In this document: positions 16,596-25,414 of the stretch, one piece after another | How the letters are laid out: every line of letters begins with the position of its first letter | Position numbering within the stretch: position 1 is the first letter of the stretch | IMG/VR virus record: IMGVR_UViG_3300005825_000044 | Location: 35,962-99,961 of that record | Strand: one strand, 5' to 3' | DNA: 64,000 bases | DNA from: a virus | Notes under the pieces: model-generated | The model's database searches: none | What the model was told of the DNA's origin: nothing | What the model saw: only the letters and a program-made list of their open reading frames with translations | Position numbers and translations under genes: made by a program

Positions 16596-18511
16596 TCCGG
16601 TGTGTCTCCTCGAGGAGACACCGGCGCCGACACCGACACGATCTTCCCGAGCTGCTCATCGGAGAGCGCGATCCTGACGACCTCAGGCTCACCCTTCCGG
16701 ACTTCCGCGTCGCGCGCCGCGTCGAGGTCGGCCGCTGCCTCCTCCTCCTCCGCCTTCCGGAACGCGTCGCGCAGCCTGATCAGGCGCCGGGCCCTGTGGT
16801 TCATCGCGCGGCGCCAAGCCTTGCTGACTCCGCCGTCGCCCACCTCGGGCTCCGGGATCTCGCCGTCGAGCCCGTCGTCGATCCCGAACCCCGCGATCGT
16901 GAGCGCCAGCGGTTGGTCGGCCCAGTCCGCGTCGATGTTTCCGAGCGGCACGTTGAAGACGTGGTCAGCGGCGAGCCTGCGGGCGTCACGCGGCGTCAGC
17001 GCGCCGCTGACGGTCTGCTCCGCGATCATCTTGGACATCACAGCGGGGTTGCGCTGCTGGATGCCGTTGCTAGTGAACTTCCAGTACCGGAAGCCGAGCC
17101 CGCGGAGCATGTCCCGCACGAGGTTGTCGAAGTCGACGCGCTCCGGCCCGAAGACCTGCTCCTCGCAGAAGTCGAGCGCGGCCTCGGACGTCGCCCGGTT
17201 GAAGTCGCGGATGTCGCCGCGGACGATGCGGGGGAGCCTGAAGCTCATCCCGACCTTGTCCATGTTGCGCTCGTCGTAGTTCTGGAACAGCGCGTCCTTG
17301 AGGTGCGCGTCGGTGAGCGACTTCACCTCGATGCGGACCCGCCCGTTGTCGGGTTGCATCTGCGCGGCGCTCGACGACTCAGCCTCGAGCACGAGGATCT
17401 TGTGGAAGTTCTTCTTGCCCTTGATCTCCTTCTCGATGTGGCCGCGGATCGCCTCGACCCCTCCGCTCACGAGCTTGCCACCGCTGACCGTGATCACGAG
17501 GGGCGGGATCGACTTGTTCTCGAAGTACGAGTAGTTGATCTCCTCCGCGAGTCGGGAGCCCAGCACGCTGAGCAGGTTGCCGATCCAGCGCGGCACCCCG
17601 TACGGGGTCCGTCGCGTCGCTGTGATCTTGAAGTGGATGACCTCGTTCGCGGTCTTCACGTCGGGGCTCTCAGAGACCGCGAGATCCCTCTCGTTCTTGT
17701 ACCACTTGCCGGTGGCAGCGCTCATCACGCGGGGGTCGCCGAACTGCTTGAAGTACGTGACGCCACCACCACCGTCGCTCTGCACGAAGCGGCGGAACTT
17801 GCGGTTCAGCTTCTCCTTGCCGAGCGTGTAGGGGCCGTCGAAGACCTCGACCTCCATCTCGACCGGTTCCTTGATCATGCCGAGCAGCGAGACCGACCAG
17901 CTCGGCATGTGAGCGAACTGCGTGACCTTTCCCTTCTTGTTGCGGATCACCTCCCAGTAGCCGTTGCCGGTGATCTCGATGTCGGCACGCGTCACGCGAC
18001 GCAGCGCGACGAAGCTCGAGCCGGGGCAGCAGACGTTGAAGAACGCGTTGATCCTGACCTTCTCCGCGGCCGCGGCGACGCGCAGCTTTCCGAGACGGGC
18101 CTCGACCTCGGCGTCTGAGAACTCGGGCACGTCAGACGAACCGCGGACAGCGGCCTCGACCTCCATCATCGTGCGGATCTGGTCGACCGCGTCCTCCGCC
18201 TCGAAGTCCACGACCGGCTCGAGGTGGTGGCCGAACCCGTCGATGTTCGTGACGTAGGCGTCGACGCACTGCCTCAGGCTGTCGCTGTTCTCGTGCAGCG
18301 TCGTCAGCGTCTCCGGCGAGTACGGTGGCCGGATCGCCTCGGCGACCAGGCCCACGTCTGCGCCGCGCTGCTCCCAGAGCCCGGAACCCTCTGCGACGCC
18401 GGAGAGCTGCTCGTCGACTGCCTTGAAGACCCTGGCGCGGTCGCCGTCGTCGCCGCCGAGCGTGCGCACGACCACCGTGGTCGTGCCTTCCCTATCGTTG
18501 CCGTCGGCCAT
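16592..18511 (-). CDS. Portal protein (PBSX/XkdE-like)
   Basis: CVDAYVTNIDGFG...DIEITGNGYWEVIRN...EVIHFK...YGVPRW...YFENKSIPP...FRLPRIVRG...FNRAT. Confidence 0.93.
   Translation of the reverse strand: MADGNDREGTTTVVVRTLGGDDGDRARVFKAVDEQLSGVAEGSGLWEQRGADVGLVAEAIRPPYSPETLTTLHENSDSLRQCVDAYVTNIDGFGHHLEPVVDFEAEDAVDQIRTMMEVEAAVRGSSDVPEFSDAEVEARLGKLRVAAAAEKVRINAFFNVCCPGSSFVALRRVTRADIEITGNGYWEVIRNKKGKVTQFAHMPSWSVSLLGMIKEPVEMEVEVFDGPYTLGKEKLNRKFRRFVQSDGGGGVTYFKQFGDPRVMSAATGKWYKNERDLAVSESPDVKTANEVIHFKITATRRTPYGVPRWIGNLLSVLGSRLAEEINYSYFENKSIPPLVITVSGGKLVSGGVEAIRGHIEKEIKGKKNFHKILVLEAESSSAAQMQPDNGRVRIEVKSLTDAHLKDALFQNYDERNMDKVGMSFRLPRIVRGDIRDFNRATSEAALDFCEEQVFGPERVDFDNLVRDMLRGLGFRYWKFTSNGIQQRNPAVMSKMIAEQTVSGALTPRDARRLAADHVFNVPLGNIDADWADQPLALTIAGFGIDDGLDGEIPEPEVGDGGVSKAWRRAMNHRARRLIRLRDAFRKAEEEEAAADLDAARDAEVRKGEPEVVRIALSDEQLGKIVSVSAPVSPRGDTPE
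16602..16621. repeat. Palindrome family copy 3
   Basis: Exact match, in the last codons of the portal gene (VSPRGDTPE*). Confidence 0.97.
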
Positions 18512-18515
18512 TGGT

Positions 18516-18812
18516 TCAGTCGGTGCGGGAGTTGCGCCCGCTGATCGCAGCCGCGGGCGTGCCGGAGCCGTACGTCGTCGTCTTGATCCGGACGTGCGTC
18601 ACGGCCTGCGGCACCGGGTAGAAGCCAGCCGCGTTGATCGAGGTCGTGATGTCGCTGTAATTCGTACCGTCGATCGTGCCCTGGATCGAGAACGCGCACG
18701 CCGTCCCTGCGTCGATGATCTGCACGTACTTCTCGACGAGGTCCTCGACCTTCTGCGGGGCCCCCGTCGCTGTGGATGCCGGAACGGCCAGCGCGTAGTT
18801 CTCGTATCGCAT
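18516..18812 (-). CDS. Small beta-rich virion-like protein
   Basis: 98 aa, strong SD (GGAGGAGA), FSIQGTIDGTNY motif; upstream of portal. Confidence 0.6.
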   Translation of the reverse strand: MRYENYALAVPASTATGAPQKVEDLVEKYVQIIDAGTACAFSIQGTIDGTNYSDITTSINAAGFYPVPQAVTHVRIKTTTYGSGTPAAAISGRNSRTD

Positions 18813-18865
18813 CTCGTTCTCCTCCGCGCGAGGTTACTTCAGGGCGACCGGTGCCGCGAGAACCG

Positions 18866-19258
18866 CTACCACCCGAGTACGTCTTCACCCCTCGACGCCA
18901 GGAGGTAGGCCTCCGCCTCGTGCTCGGACGTGAACGCGACGTCGATGACAGGGACCAGCCACTCGCCGTCGTCGTCGATCCGGATCCTGCCCGGCGGAGC
19001 AGAGCCGCGGCCCTTCTTCCGGGTCAGCGTCTCGTCGCGTCCGTGGCCGGCGACGAGCTTGCCGGTGCGGGTGTCGCGCACGAAGGGCTCGACGTAGCCG
19101 AAGCGGTCCATCGACGCCTCGATCTCGTCGACGTCGTGCTCCTTCGGGTTGCGCGGCCACTGCCTGACGTCGGAGAGCCGGACCCAGCTCAGCGCGAGCC
19201 CGTGGTCATGCTCCGCATGCTTTGCCTTCTTCCGTGCCACCGCGGAGCACGGTCTCAC
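18866..19258 (-). CDS. ParB/Srx N-terminal-like domain protein (short, no C-terminal domain)
   Basis: WPRNPKEHDVDEIEASMDRFGYVEPFV....GKLVAGHGR...VPV...EAEAYLLA; alternative start GTG 19240. Confidence 0.75.
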   Translation of the reverse strand: MRPCSAVARKKAKHAEHDHGLALSWVRLSDVRQWPRNPKEHDVDEIEASMDRFGYVEPFVRDTRTGKLVAGHGRDETLTRKKGRGSAPPGRIRIDDDGEWLVPVIDVAFTSEHEAEAYLLASRGEDVLGW

Positions 19259-19274
19259 GGAAGCCGCGCTGTGT

Positions 19275-19544
19275 TCAAGCAGGAACGTCGAAGACCACAG
19301 CGACCGAGAACTCGTTTCCGTACGAGCCCCTGACGGTGAACCCCGCAGCGCTGACCAGGCGCTCCAGGTCAGCGGCGGTACCCCACATCACGCGGTAGCT
19401 CGCCACGTAGGCGCCGCGTCGCAGCACGTACTCGACGTCGGCATCCGGCGACGCGAGGGGGGCCGTGGTACGGACCTTCACGATGTGCGGGGACCCCGCA
19501 TCCAGGAGCGCGCCCTGGATCTCCGCCAGCTTCTCGGCGCTCAC
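19275..19544 (-). CDS. Hypothetical protein
   Basis: 89 aa; GTG overlaps the upstream stop. Confidence 0.55.
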   Translation of the reverse strand: MSAEKLAEIQGALLDAGSPHIVKVRTTAPLASPDADVEYVLRRGAYVASYRVMWGTAADLERLVSAAGFTVRGSYGNEFSVAVVFDVPA

Positions 19545-19987
19545 AGCGCACCCCCGGCGGGCTTCGCGTAGGGGTCGAACAGCAGCTCAGAGCCGTCCCA
19601 CACCTTGCCGTTGTAGGAGACCGTGACGCCCCTGCCGATCCTGCCGGTGGGGAACGTCGATGCTCCCTCGCCGCTGGCGCTTCGCATGCCCGTCAGGGCT
19701 AGCTCGGCGCCCGATCCGTGAACGACAGCGGGCCGCTGCCAGCTCGCGTACGTGCGCACGAGGCGCCGGACGCGGCGGTTGTCGATCTTGCGATTCTTGA
19801 TCGAGCGCTCGTAGTGCGCGTGGAGCAGGGTGCGTCCCTGGAAGAGCAAACCGTGCTGCTTGCCTCGCAGCTCCCGCATAGCCCGGAGATTGCCGGCAAT
19901 GCGGTCGTCCGCGGCGAGCCAGACCGCGACGCCGTCGTGCCGGGCCTGGCGGAGAACCTCGAGAATGACTGCGGTGTCCTTCGTCAT
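19541..19987 (-). CDS. Hypothetical protein
   Basis: ATG 19987 with SD GAGGAG. Confidence 0.6.
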   Translation of the reverse strand: MTKDTAVILEVLRQARHDGVAVWLAADDRIAGNLRAMRELRGKQHGLLFQGRTLLHAHYERSIKNRKIDNRRVRRLVRTYASWQRPAVVHGSGAELALTGMRSASGEGASTFPTGRIGRGVTVSYNGKVWDGSELLFDPYAKPAGGAL

Positions 19988-19998
19988 GGCAGATCTCC

Positions 19999-20316
19999 TC
20001 AGCGCGCCCACTCCGGCACCCGTACCGCGAGGGTCGTGGTGTCCGCGTCGCGGGGCTCGAAGTGCTCGCAGCCCTCAGGGGTGACGAGGTAGAGCGCGGC
20101 CTCTGCCTTCTCCGTGGGGGCCCACACCGGGCGACCGCGCAACACGCGCGGAGCGACCAGGCCGCGCGCGTGCAGGGCTTGCCCGATGCCATAGGGCAGG
20201 TCCAAGCCTCCGCATTCTGCGGCGACCGAGCGGAAGAGGTCCTGCATGGTCAGGAACTGCTCGGCCGAGAGGGTTCCGATTGAGTAGCACTCGGTGATGT
20301 CGTTTCCGTTGACCAT
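19999..20316 (-). CDS. Hypothetical protein, probably leaderless
   Basis: ATG 6 nt after the TATAGT of promoter cassette A. Confidence 0.6.
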   Translation of the reverse strand: MVNGNDITECYSIGTLSAEQFLTMQDLFRSVAAECGGLDLPYGIGQALHARGLVAPRVLRGRPVWAPTEKAEAALYLVTPEGCEHFEPRDADTTTLAVRVPEWAR

Positions 20317-20375
20317 GAGAAGACTATAAACCCGGTCCCCGGGGATGTCCACACTTATTTTGAGAAATCGTACGA
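20317..20375 (-). promoter_or_regulatory. sigma70-type promoter cassette A
   Basis: -35 TGGACA (20346-20351), 17-bp spacer, -10 TATAGT (20323-20328), AT-rich UP-like tract. Confidence 0.85.
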
Positions 20376-20416
20376 ATCGTGTTTTCGCGCGAAATCGTCA
20401 AGTGACTGCGAAAGTG

Positions 20417-20743
20417 TCAAATGCAGTCCGGGGCCGCGCAGGAGCCCCTCTGCGGCAGGGCTCGCCCACAGGACCCGCAGCTCCGTGGATCGGATGCCCG
20501 GGCCCAGGCGTGCCGTATGGCGGCAGAGAGACCCCTCCCGGTGACCACTGCCCGGGGAGCCAGCCGGACCCAGCCCTCCGGGCTCTCGTAGCCGACCTCG
20601 ACCGCGTGTCTCCTCGAGGAGACACGCTCGACTCGAACCGCGGCGCGGGCATGGGACGGCACCAGGAGCACGATGCCGGGGCCTGCCGGTTCAACCGTGC
20701 CGCTGATCGAGATCTCGTCGGTCACGTTGAAATCGAACTTCAC
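20417..20743 (-). CDS. Hypothetical protein with C-terminal Zn-ribbon
   Basis: Ends CGSCG...CAAPDC; contains palindrome copy 4. Confidence 0.5.
   Translation of the reverse strand: MKFDFNVTDEISISGTVEPAGPGIVLLVPSHARAAVRVERVSSRRHAVEVGYESPEGWVRLAPRAVVTGRGLSAAIRHAWARASDPRSCGSCGRALPQRGSCAAPDCI
20606..20625. repeat. Palindrome family copy 4
   Basis: Exact match, 24 bp with GC flanks; intragenic. Confidence 0.97.
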
Positions 20744-20991
20744 CTGCGAGCCTCAGCCGTGTTCTTGCGACGCTGCTCCGCGTAGAACGCGCCACGCTCT
20801 GCGAGCCCGAGCTGCGCGCGGCGTCGGGAACACCGGACCCGCCAGCAGAGGTAGAAGCCGGGCCCGTCGGTGCCGCCGCAGACCGCCTCGTCCGTGAGGT
20901 ACTGACCCCGGATCGGCAGACCGCACCCGTCGCACCGGGTGTGCCGGGCGTAGCGCCCGGCGCGGTCCCTCTTCTGCTCCTCGCCGATCAC
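20740..20991 (-). CDS. Small Cys-rich hypothetical protein
   Basis: CDGCG...C...YLC...C; GTGA overlap. Confidence 0.55.
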   Translation of the reverse strand: MIGEEQKRDRAGRYARHTRCDGCGLPIRGQYLTDEAVCGGTDGPGFYLCWRVRCSRRRAQLGLAERGAFYAEQRRKNTAEARR

Positions 20992-21326
20992 CGCGCACCG
21001 GCCCTCTCCGCCGCGGTCGCCTCGCGCAGCGGCCACAACCGAGCGCGAGCTGCGATGCCGATCCGCAGGCAGGCGTCAGCGATCGTGTCGAAGCGCTCCG
21101 AGAGCCCGAGCACGCGGAGCAGGGTCGCGGCCTGGTCCCGGGTCCGGATCTTCGCGATGTCCCTCTCGATCGCGGCCGCATCCTCACGCGCGCGCTCCTG
21201 GCTCTCCGCCGGCAGCCATGTCGAGTACGCGGAGCCGAACGAGGTGCACAGCGTCCAGCCGTGCGCGCCCTCCGGGAGCACCGCGTCAGCCTCGTGAACC
21301 TCTTGCATGTCGTGGGTGAGCTTCAC
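20988..21326 (-). CDS. Hypothetical protein
   Basis: GTGA overlap with the upstream stop. Confidence 0.55.
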   Translation of the reverse strand: MKLTHDMQEVHEADAVLPEGAHGWTLCTSFGSAYSTWLPAESQERAREDAAAIERDIAKIRTRDQAATLLRVLGLSERFDTIADACLRIGIAARARLWPLREATAAERAGAR

Positions 21327-21574
21327 CGCGAGCCTCCGTTCAGGGCGACCACACCGGCGGGGGTCAACTCGATCGTCGCATCGCGCCCGGCTCCGCCGGA
21401 GCAAACCACAAGACCCTTCTTCGCGAGGCTAGCAGCCACACCGCCGGCGCTACGCCCGAATGCATCGCCGACGCTCGAAGCCCACACCGGGGCGAGCAGG
21501 TCGTTGCCGTCACGGTACTCGTCCTCGGCGACAGCCTTCAGGTAGGCACGTTCAAGAGCGGTTAGATGTTCCAT
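21323..21574 (-). CDS. Small winged-helix-like protein
   Basis: First gene after promoter B, SD GGAGGAGG; ...GGVAASLAKKGLV....IELTPAG. Confidence 0.6.
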   Translation of the reverse strand: MEHLTALERAYLKAVAEDEYRDGNDLLAPVWASSVGDAFGRSAGGVAASLAKKGLVVCSGGAGRDATIELTPAGVVALNGGSR

Positions 21575-21590
21575 CGGTTCCTCCTCCTCG

Positions 21591-21666
21591 CCGGCGCATC
21601 GCCGACCGTGAGAAGACTATAAACCCGGTCCCCGGGGGTGTCCACACTTATTTTCGGAAATCGTAC
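21591..21666 (-). promoter_or_regulatory. sigma70-type promoter cassette B with shared leader
   Basis: -35 TGGACA 21639-21644, -10 TATAGT 21616-21621. Confidence 0.85.
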
Positions 21667-21977
21667 AAAGCCCTCACTTTCTTGAGCAGCGCGGTCCCGG
21701 TCCGGTGGAGTCCGCGCGCTTCCCGAGCGCTGCCATACCCCTCGTGCTCCGCCCTCCCGGCTTCGACCGCGTCGTCGATCCCGTTGATTGCGTCGAGGAT
21801 CATCCCGGCGACGAGGTCGTTCGGAACAGCCAAGTCTCCGCCGTGCTTCCTACCGAGGTGCTCGGCGACGACCTCTGCGGTTGCGCGGATGTCGGGGTCC
21901 TCGTCGTCGATGTACCGGTCGACGATCTCGACCTGGACGAACGACGCCTGGGCGGGGGTGAGCGGGAACATCTTCAC
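21648..21977 (-). CDS. Hypothetical protein
   Basis: GTGA overlap; stop lies inside cassette B. Confidence 0.55.
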   Translation of the reverse strand: MKMFPLTPAQASFVQVEIVDRYIDDEDPDIRATAEVVAEHLGRKHGGDLAVPNDLVAGMILDAINGIDDAVEAGRAEHEGYGSAREARGLHRTGTALLKKVRALYDFRK

Positions 21978-22480
21978 GGCGACACCTCGACGCACTCAGC
22001 GGTCACGCGGAAGCTCGGAAGGTGCTCCCGACGAAGGTTCTCGATCGCGATCCGGCGCGCGAACACACCGGCGGTGTGGCTGACGATGTCGCGCGAGCCG
22101 GCACGGCGCGCGGTGTACTGCGTATCCCAGCCGGTGCCGGTGACGAGCACGCGCCAGCCAGCGACGTCGCACACCCCGCCGTCACCCGGGAGCAGCGAGA
22201 GGATCTCGGAAGTGAAGGGAGCGAGCGCGCTGTCCGCGTACTCGACGTCGAGGTACGTGTTGCCGCCGGCGAGGATCTCCCCGGTGACCTCGCAGCGCCG
22301 CACATTCTCATGCTTGCGGGCGATGCTCTCGACGAGCGCGAGCGGGAGAGCCGCGTTCTTGATCTCGACGCGGATCGTGTAGCTGTACGTGCAGCGCTTC
22401 CTGGTGACCGACACGTCGCGCGACGTCCAGCCGGCAGCCTTGAGGGCGGTGCGAATCTCCTTGGCGCGGTCCGTGATCAT
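21974..22480 (-). CDS. Hypothetical early protein
   Basis: ATG 22480 with SD GAGGAG after promoter C; RRCEVTGEILAGGNTY motif. Confidence 0.65.
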   Translation of the reverse strand: MITDRAKEIRTALKAAGWTSRDVSVTRKRCTYSYTIRVEIKNAALPLALVESIARKHENVRRCEVTGEILAGGNTYLDVEYADSALAPFTSEILSLLPGDGGVCDVAGWRVLVTGTGWDTQYTARRAGSRDIVSHTAGVFARRIAIENLRREHLPSFRVTAECVEVSP

Positions 22481-22504
22481 CGTCGTTTCTCCTCTTTCTC
22501 GGTG

Positions 22505-22578
22505 GCGCATCGCCGACCGTGAGAAGACTATAAACCCGGTCCCCGGGGGTGTCCACACTTATTTTCGGAAATCGTACG
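22505..22578 (-). promoter_or_regulatory. sigma70-type promoter cassette C
   Basis: -35 TGGACA 22550-22555, -10 TATAGT 22527-22532. Confidence 0.85.
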
Positions 22579-22597
22579 AGGGCCGGAGAGTGCCGCC

Positions 22598-23563
22598 TTA
22601 TTCGCGGGGTTCCGGGCCAGAACCGGCCCCATCGGTGCATCGGCTCATCAGCACCCAGAGAGCGCGCGTGCACAGCACGTTCGGCGCTCGGTTGCCCTTC
22701 GCCTTGTGCTGCCGGCACGTCTTACCGTCGCGGCTCAGCTCCGCTGTCGAGCGGTGACCGCAGACGTCTAGCGCGACGATCACGCTCTCCTGCTTATGCA
22801 CGGCCGCCGCGTAGCTGCCGACGCAGTGCTCCATCTCGCGGCCCTCGAGGCGCAGCAGACCCACCGTGTCGAGCAGGCGCGCGCAGCGCATCGGGCGCCA
22901 CCAGCGCGGCACCGGCGCGAGTCGCTCTCCCTTGCTCGCGCGCTCGAGCAACCGCAGGTGCTCTGCCGAGACCCGCTGCGCTGCGGCCCTGTAGGTGTCC
23001 TCGACGCTCGGGCGCAGGTCACTCGCGCGCAGCTCGTCGGTGCGGTCCGCGTAGCGACCGCGCACGACCTGCCCGGCGACACGCTCCTCGCGCTCCCGCA
23101 GCATCGCGGATCTCCGCGGCGGGTCAGAGAACACTGCGATCAGCCAGCGCGCGCAGGCCACGTCATGCGGCGCGTCTAGGATGCCGACCGCCGCCAAGTC
23201 CTCATAATCCGAGAGCAGCCACAACGCGGGCGAAAGAGACGGCCACTCTGTGAGCCAGCGGTGAGCCTCTGCGCGCGTGAGCCCCCGGCTGATCTCGGAC
23301 GGTGACTCGCCGAGCACGACGCGCGCGCGGATCGCTTCCGGAGCACTGGGGTACGGCGCTCCTTCGAGAGCGCGAGCGACGTCCACGATGAAGCCGCCAC
23401 CGCCGAACACTGAGGTGTACTGCGGGGTCAAGACCGCGATCGCAGCGGCTACCAACTCACGGCGCGATTCGGGCACGCGCTCGAGCAGCGCGGCGTGCTC
23501 ACGGAGCTTCTTCGACTCCGGCGCGAGACGCGCCGCGTCGATGATGGTCTGCGCGATCGTCAC
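22598..23563 (-). CDS. PcfJ-domain protein
   Basis: C-terminal LRLEGREMEHCVGSY....S.I...V...RSTAEL......QHKAKGN..P matches the PcfJ-like motif. Confidence 0.75.
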   Translation of the reverse strand: MTIAQTIIDAARLAPESKKLREHAALLERVPESRRELVAAAIAVLTPQYTSVFGGGGFIVDVARALEGAPYPSAPEAIRARVVLGESPSEISRGLTRAEAHRWLTEWPSLSPALWLLSDYEDLAAVGILDAPHDVACARWLIAVFSDPPRRSAMLREREERVAGQVVRGRYADRTDELRASDLRPSVEDTYRAAAQRVSAEHLRLLERASKGERLAPVPRWWRPMRCARLLDTVGLLRLEGREMEHCVGSYAAAVHKQESVIVALDVCGHRSTAELSRDGKTCRQHKAKGNRAPNVLCTRALWVLMSRCTDGAGSGPEPRE

Positions 23564-24042
23564 AGCGCCACCCGCTCTGCATCTGCTCCGAGCCACGCCA
23601 GCACCCGGGAGCACTCGCTCTCGTGGAGACGCCCGATCGTGCAGGTAGTGAACCTGTCATCGCGCGCAGCGATCTCCTCGGCGTCCAGTGCAGCGAGCCG
23701 CTCGCTGCGACGATCGCTGCTGGCGCGCTCCATCGCGCAGGCATGCACCGCGCCGTCGCTCCCCAGGCGCAGCTCGTACCGCACCGCGCCCCAGTACGCG
23801 TACTGCTTGGCCTTCCCGCGCGCCTTCGCGCTCGAGACGCGCACGGCAGGGACCGGCCCGTGCGCGCGGATGTGCTCGGCGAGCCTGGCGCTGGGAGTCG
23901 TGTCCGGGAGACCCGCGGCGCGTGCCTCGAGCCGCGCGAGAGCGAAGTCGCAGTGGGCAGCCGCGCGGATCATGTCGGCCCGTCCGGCGAAGCGCGGCGC
24001 GGTGACGACCGCGGCGAGTAGCCGTGCGCTGCGGGTGCTCAT
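23560..24042 (-). CDS. Hypothetical protein
   Basis: ATGA overlap. Confidence 0.55.
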   Translation of the reverse strand: MSTRSARLLAAVVTAPRFAGRADMIRAAAHCDFALARLEARAAGLPDTTPSARLAEHIRAHGPVPAVRVSSAKARGKAKQYAYWGAVRYELRLGSDGAVHACAMERASSDRRSERLAALDAEEIAARDDRFTTCTIGRLHESECSRVLAWLGADAERVAL

Positions 24043-24368
24043 GACCGCACCGCCTCGTCGACGACGACGTCGAGCAGCATCCCGCAGCTGCACCGCGGCT
24101 CCGCGGAGCTACGCGCCCAGGACGACAGGGCTCGGCACTTCGGGCACTCCAGGGTGACCGCTGACAACGCGCTCCCGGTTCGGACGAGCGCGCAGTCTGT
24201 TACGTCTTCGTGCGACACGCCGTTCTTCCGCAACTCGTTGTAGGCCTCGATCGCTGCAACGTTCCCGTTCGCTGCCATGCGGCCCTTGAACCGCTCCTCG
24301 GTCTCGCCCTTCCCGGGAGAGTTGGGAGGCAGCACAGCGAACCGCATGGCAGCTCTGCGCCGGCTCAC
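24039..24368 (-). CDS. Zn-ribbon hypothetical protein
   Basis: CPKC...CSCG. Confidence 0.5.
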   Translation of the reverse strand: MSRRRAAMRFAVLPPNSPGKGETEERFKGRMAANGNVAAIEAYNELRKNGVSHEDVTDCALVRTGSALSAVTLECPKCRALSSWARSSAEPRCSCGMLLDVVVDEAVRS

Positions 24369-24562
24369 GACGCCACCTTCAGGGCAAGCTCCCAGATCCA
24401 GTGGTCGGAGTCGTCGAGCGGGCCCCCCAAGCTGTCGACGTCGAACGCGCGGGCGGCGTCCTCCGCGAGCTTCGTCATGTCGACCTCGCCGGTCCGCGCA
24501 TCGACAGCTTCGCTACGGTGCGCGCGCATCCAGCTCAGCACTGCCGCCTTCGTGAAGTCCAT
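24365..24562 (-). CDS. Small hypothetical protein
   Basis: 65 aa, first full gene after promoter D, SD GAGGAGG. Confidence 0.6.
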   Translation of the reverse strand: MDFTKAAVLSWMRAHRSEAVDARTGEVDMTKLAEDAARAFDVDSLGGPLDDSDHWIWELALKVAS

Positions 24563-24600
24563 CTAGAAACCCTCCTCGGTCAGCGCCTCGCCGACCATCT

Positions 24601-24660
24601 GAGAAGACTATAAACCAGGTCTCGGGGGGTGTCCACACTTATTTTCAGGAATCGTACGAA
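24601..24660 (-). promoter_or_regulatory. sigma70-type promoter cassette D
   Basis: -35 TGGACA 24630-24635, -10 TATAGT 24607-24612. Confidence 0.85.
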
Positions 24661-24908
24661 TCGAAAGGGACCTCCTTTACGAGGTATTCGACTGCCCCAG
24701 CGGTGCTATCGACCCGCATGTGAGGGTCGTATTTGTTGAGGACCCCGATCTCCCCACTGGCGATCATCGCCGCGGCCCTCCCCGCGGCCCTCCGCGCGAG
24801 CGTTTCCGCGCGGCGACGCGACGTGAACGCTCTCACCGGCCACTCGTCGCGGTCCGCGTACACCCCGGTCGTGCCGAAAACTACGTACACCGTACCTGTC
24901 GTTTTCAT
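24645..24908 (-). CDS. Hypothetical protein
   Basis: 87 aa; TGATG overlap. Confidence 0.55.
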   Translation of the reverse strand: MKTTGTVYVVFGTTGVYADRDEWPVRAFTSRRRAETLARRAAGRAAAMIASGEIGVLNKYDPHMRVDSTAGAVEYLVKEVPFDSYDS

Positions 24909-25414
24909 CAGTCGTGCCTCCGTTCAGTTTCAACCCGCTTCCCGGCCTGGTACGTCGCGACGTGCCTGCCGTCTGCCCGGTCCAGCGTGACCCGTGCCAC
25001 GGCGCGCACCGGCTCTGCGGAGTACTCGCTTGCCCTGAAGCTCAGCGAGCGGGCCTGACGCAGGGCCTCCCCGCGGTCCTCCGTGCGTAGGTACTCCCCG
25101 AGCGACTCCCCGGGGCGCTCCGGGGAGCACTCACAGACCACGTAGTCCGGCCGCGGTAGCGTGGGGTCCTGCACCACCGCTGCCCTCTCCGGGGCCCTGG
25201 CGCGGCCCCCGGGCCTGCGTAGCCCGTGCTTCTCGGCGACGGCGTCGAGCCGCTTCCAGAGCTTGTGCCGGCGGATCAGGTTGTACAGCGTCGGGACCGA
25301 GACCCCGAGCCGCGCCGCGGTCCGGTTCTTGTTCCCGTCGCACTCCAGGTACGCGGTGACGATCTCGTGCAGCGCCTTCGCGGCGTCCGTCGTCAGCTCG
25401 AGCGCGCTACCCAT
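24908..25414 (-). CDS. Fis/NtrC-type HTH protein
   Basis: IVTAYLECDGNKNRTAARLGVSVPTLYNLIRRHKL. Confidence 0.75.
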   Translation of the reverse strand: MGSALELTTDAAKALHEIVTAYLECDGNKNRTAARLGVSVPTLYNLIRRHKLWKRLDAVAEKHGLRRPGGRARAPERAAVVQDPTLPRPDYVVCECSPERPGESLGEYLRTEDRGEALRQARSLSFRASEYSAEPVRAVARVTLDRADGRHVATYQAGKRVETERRHD

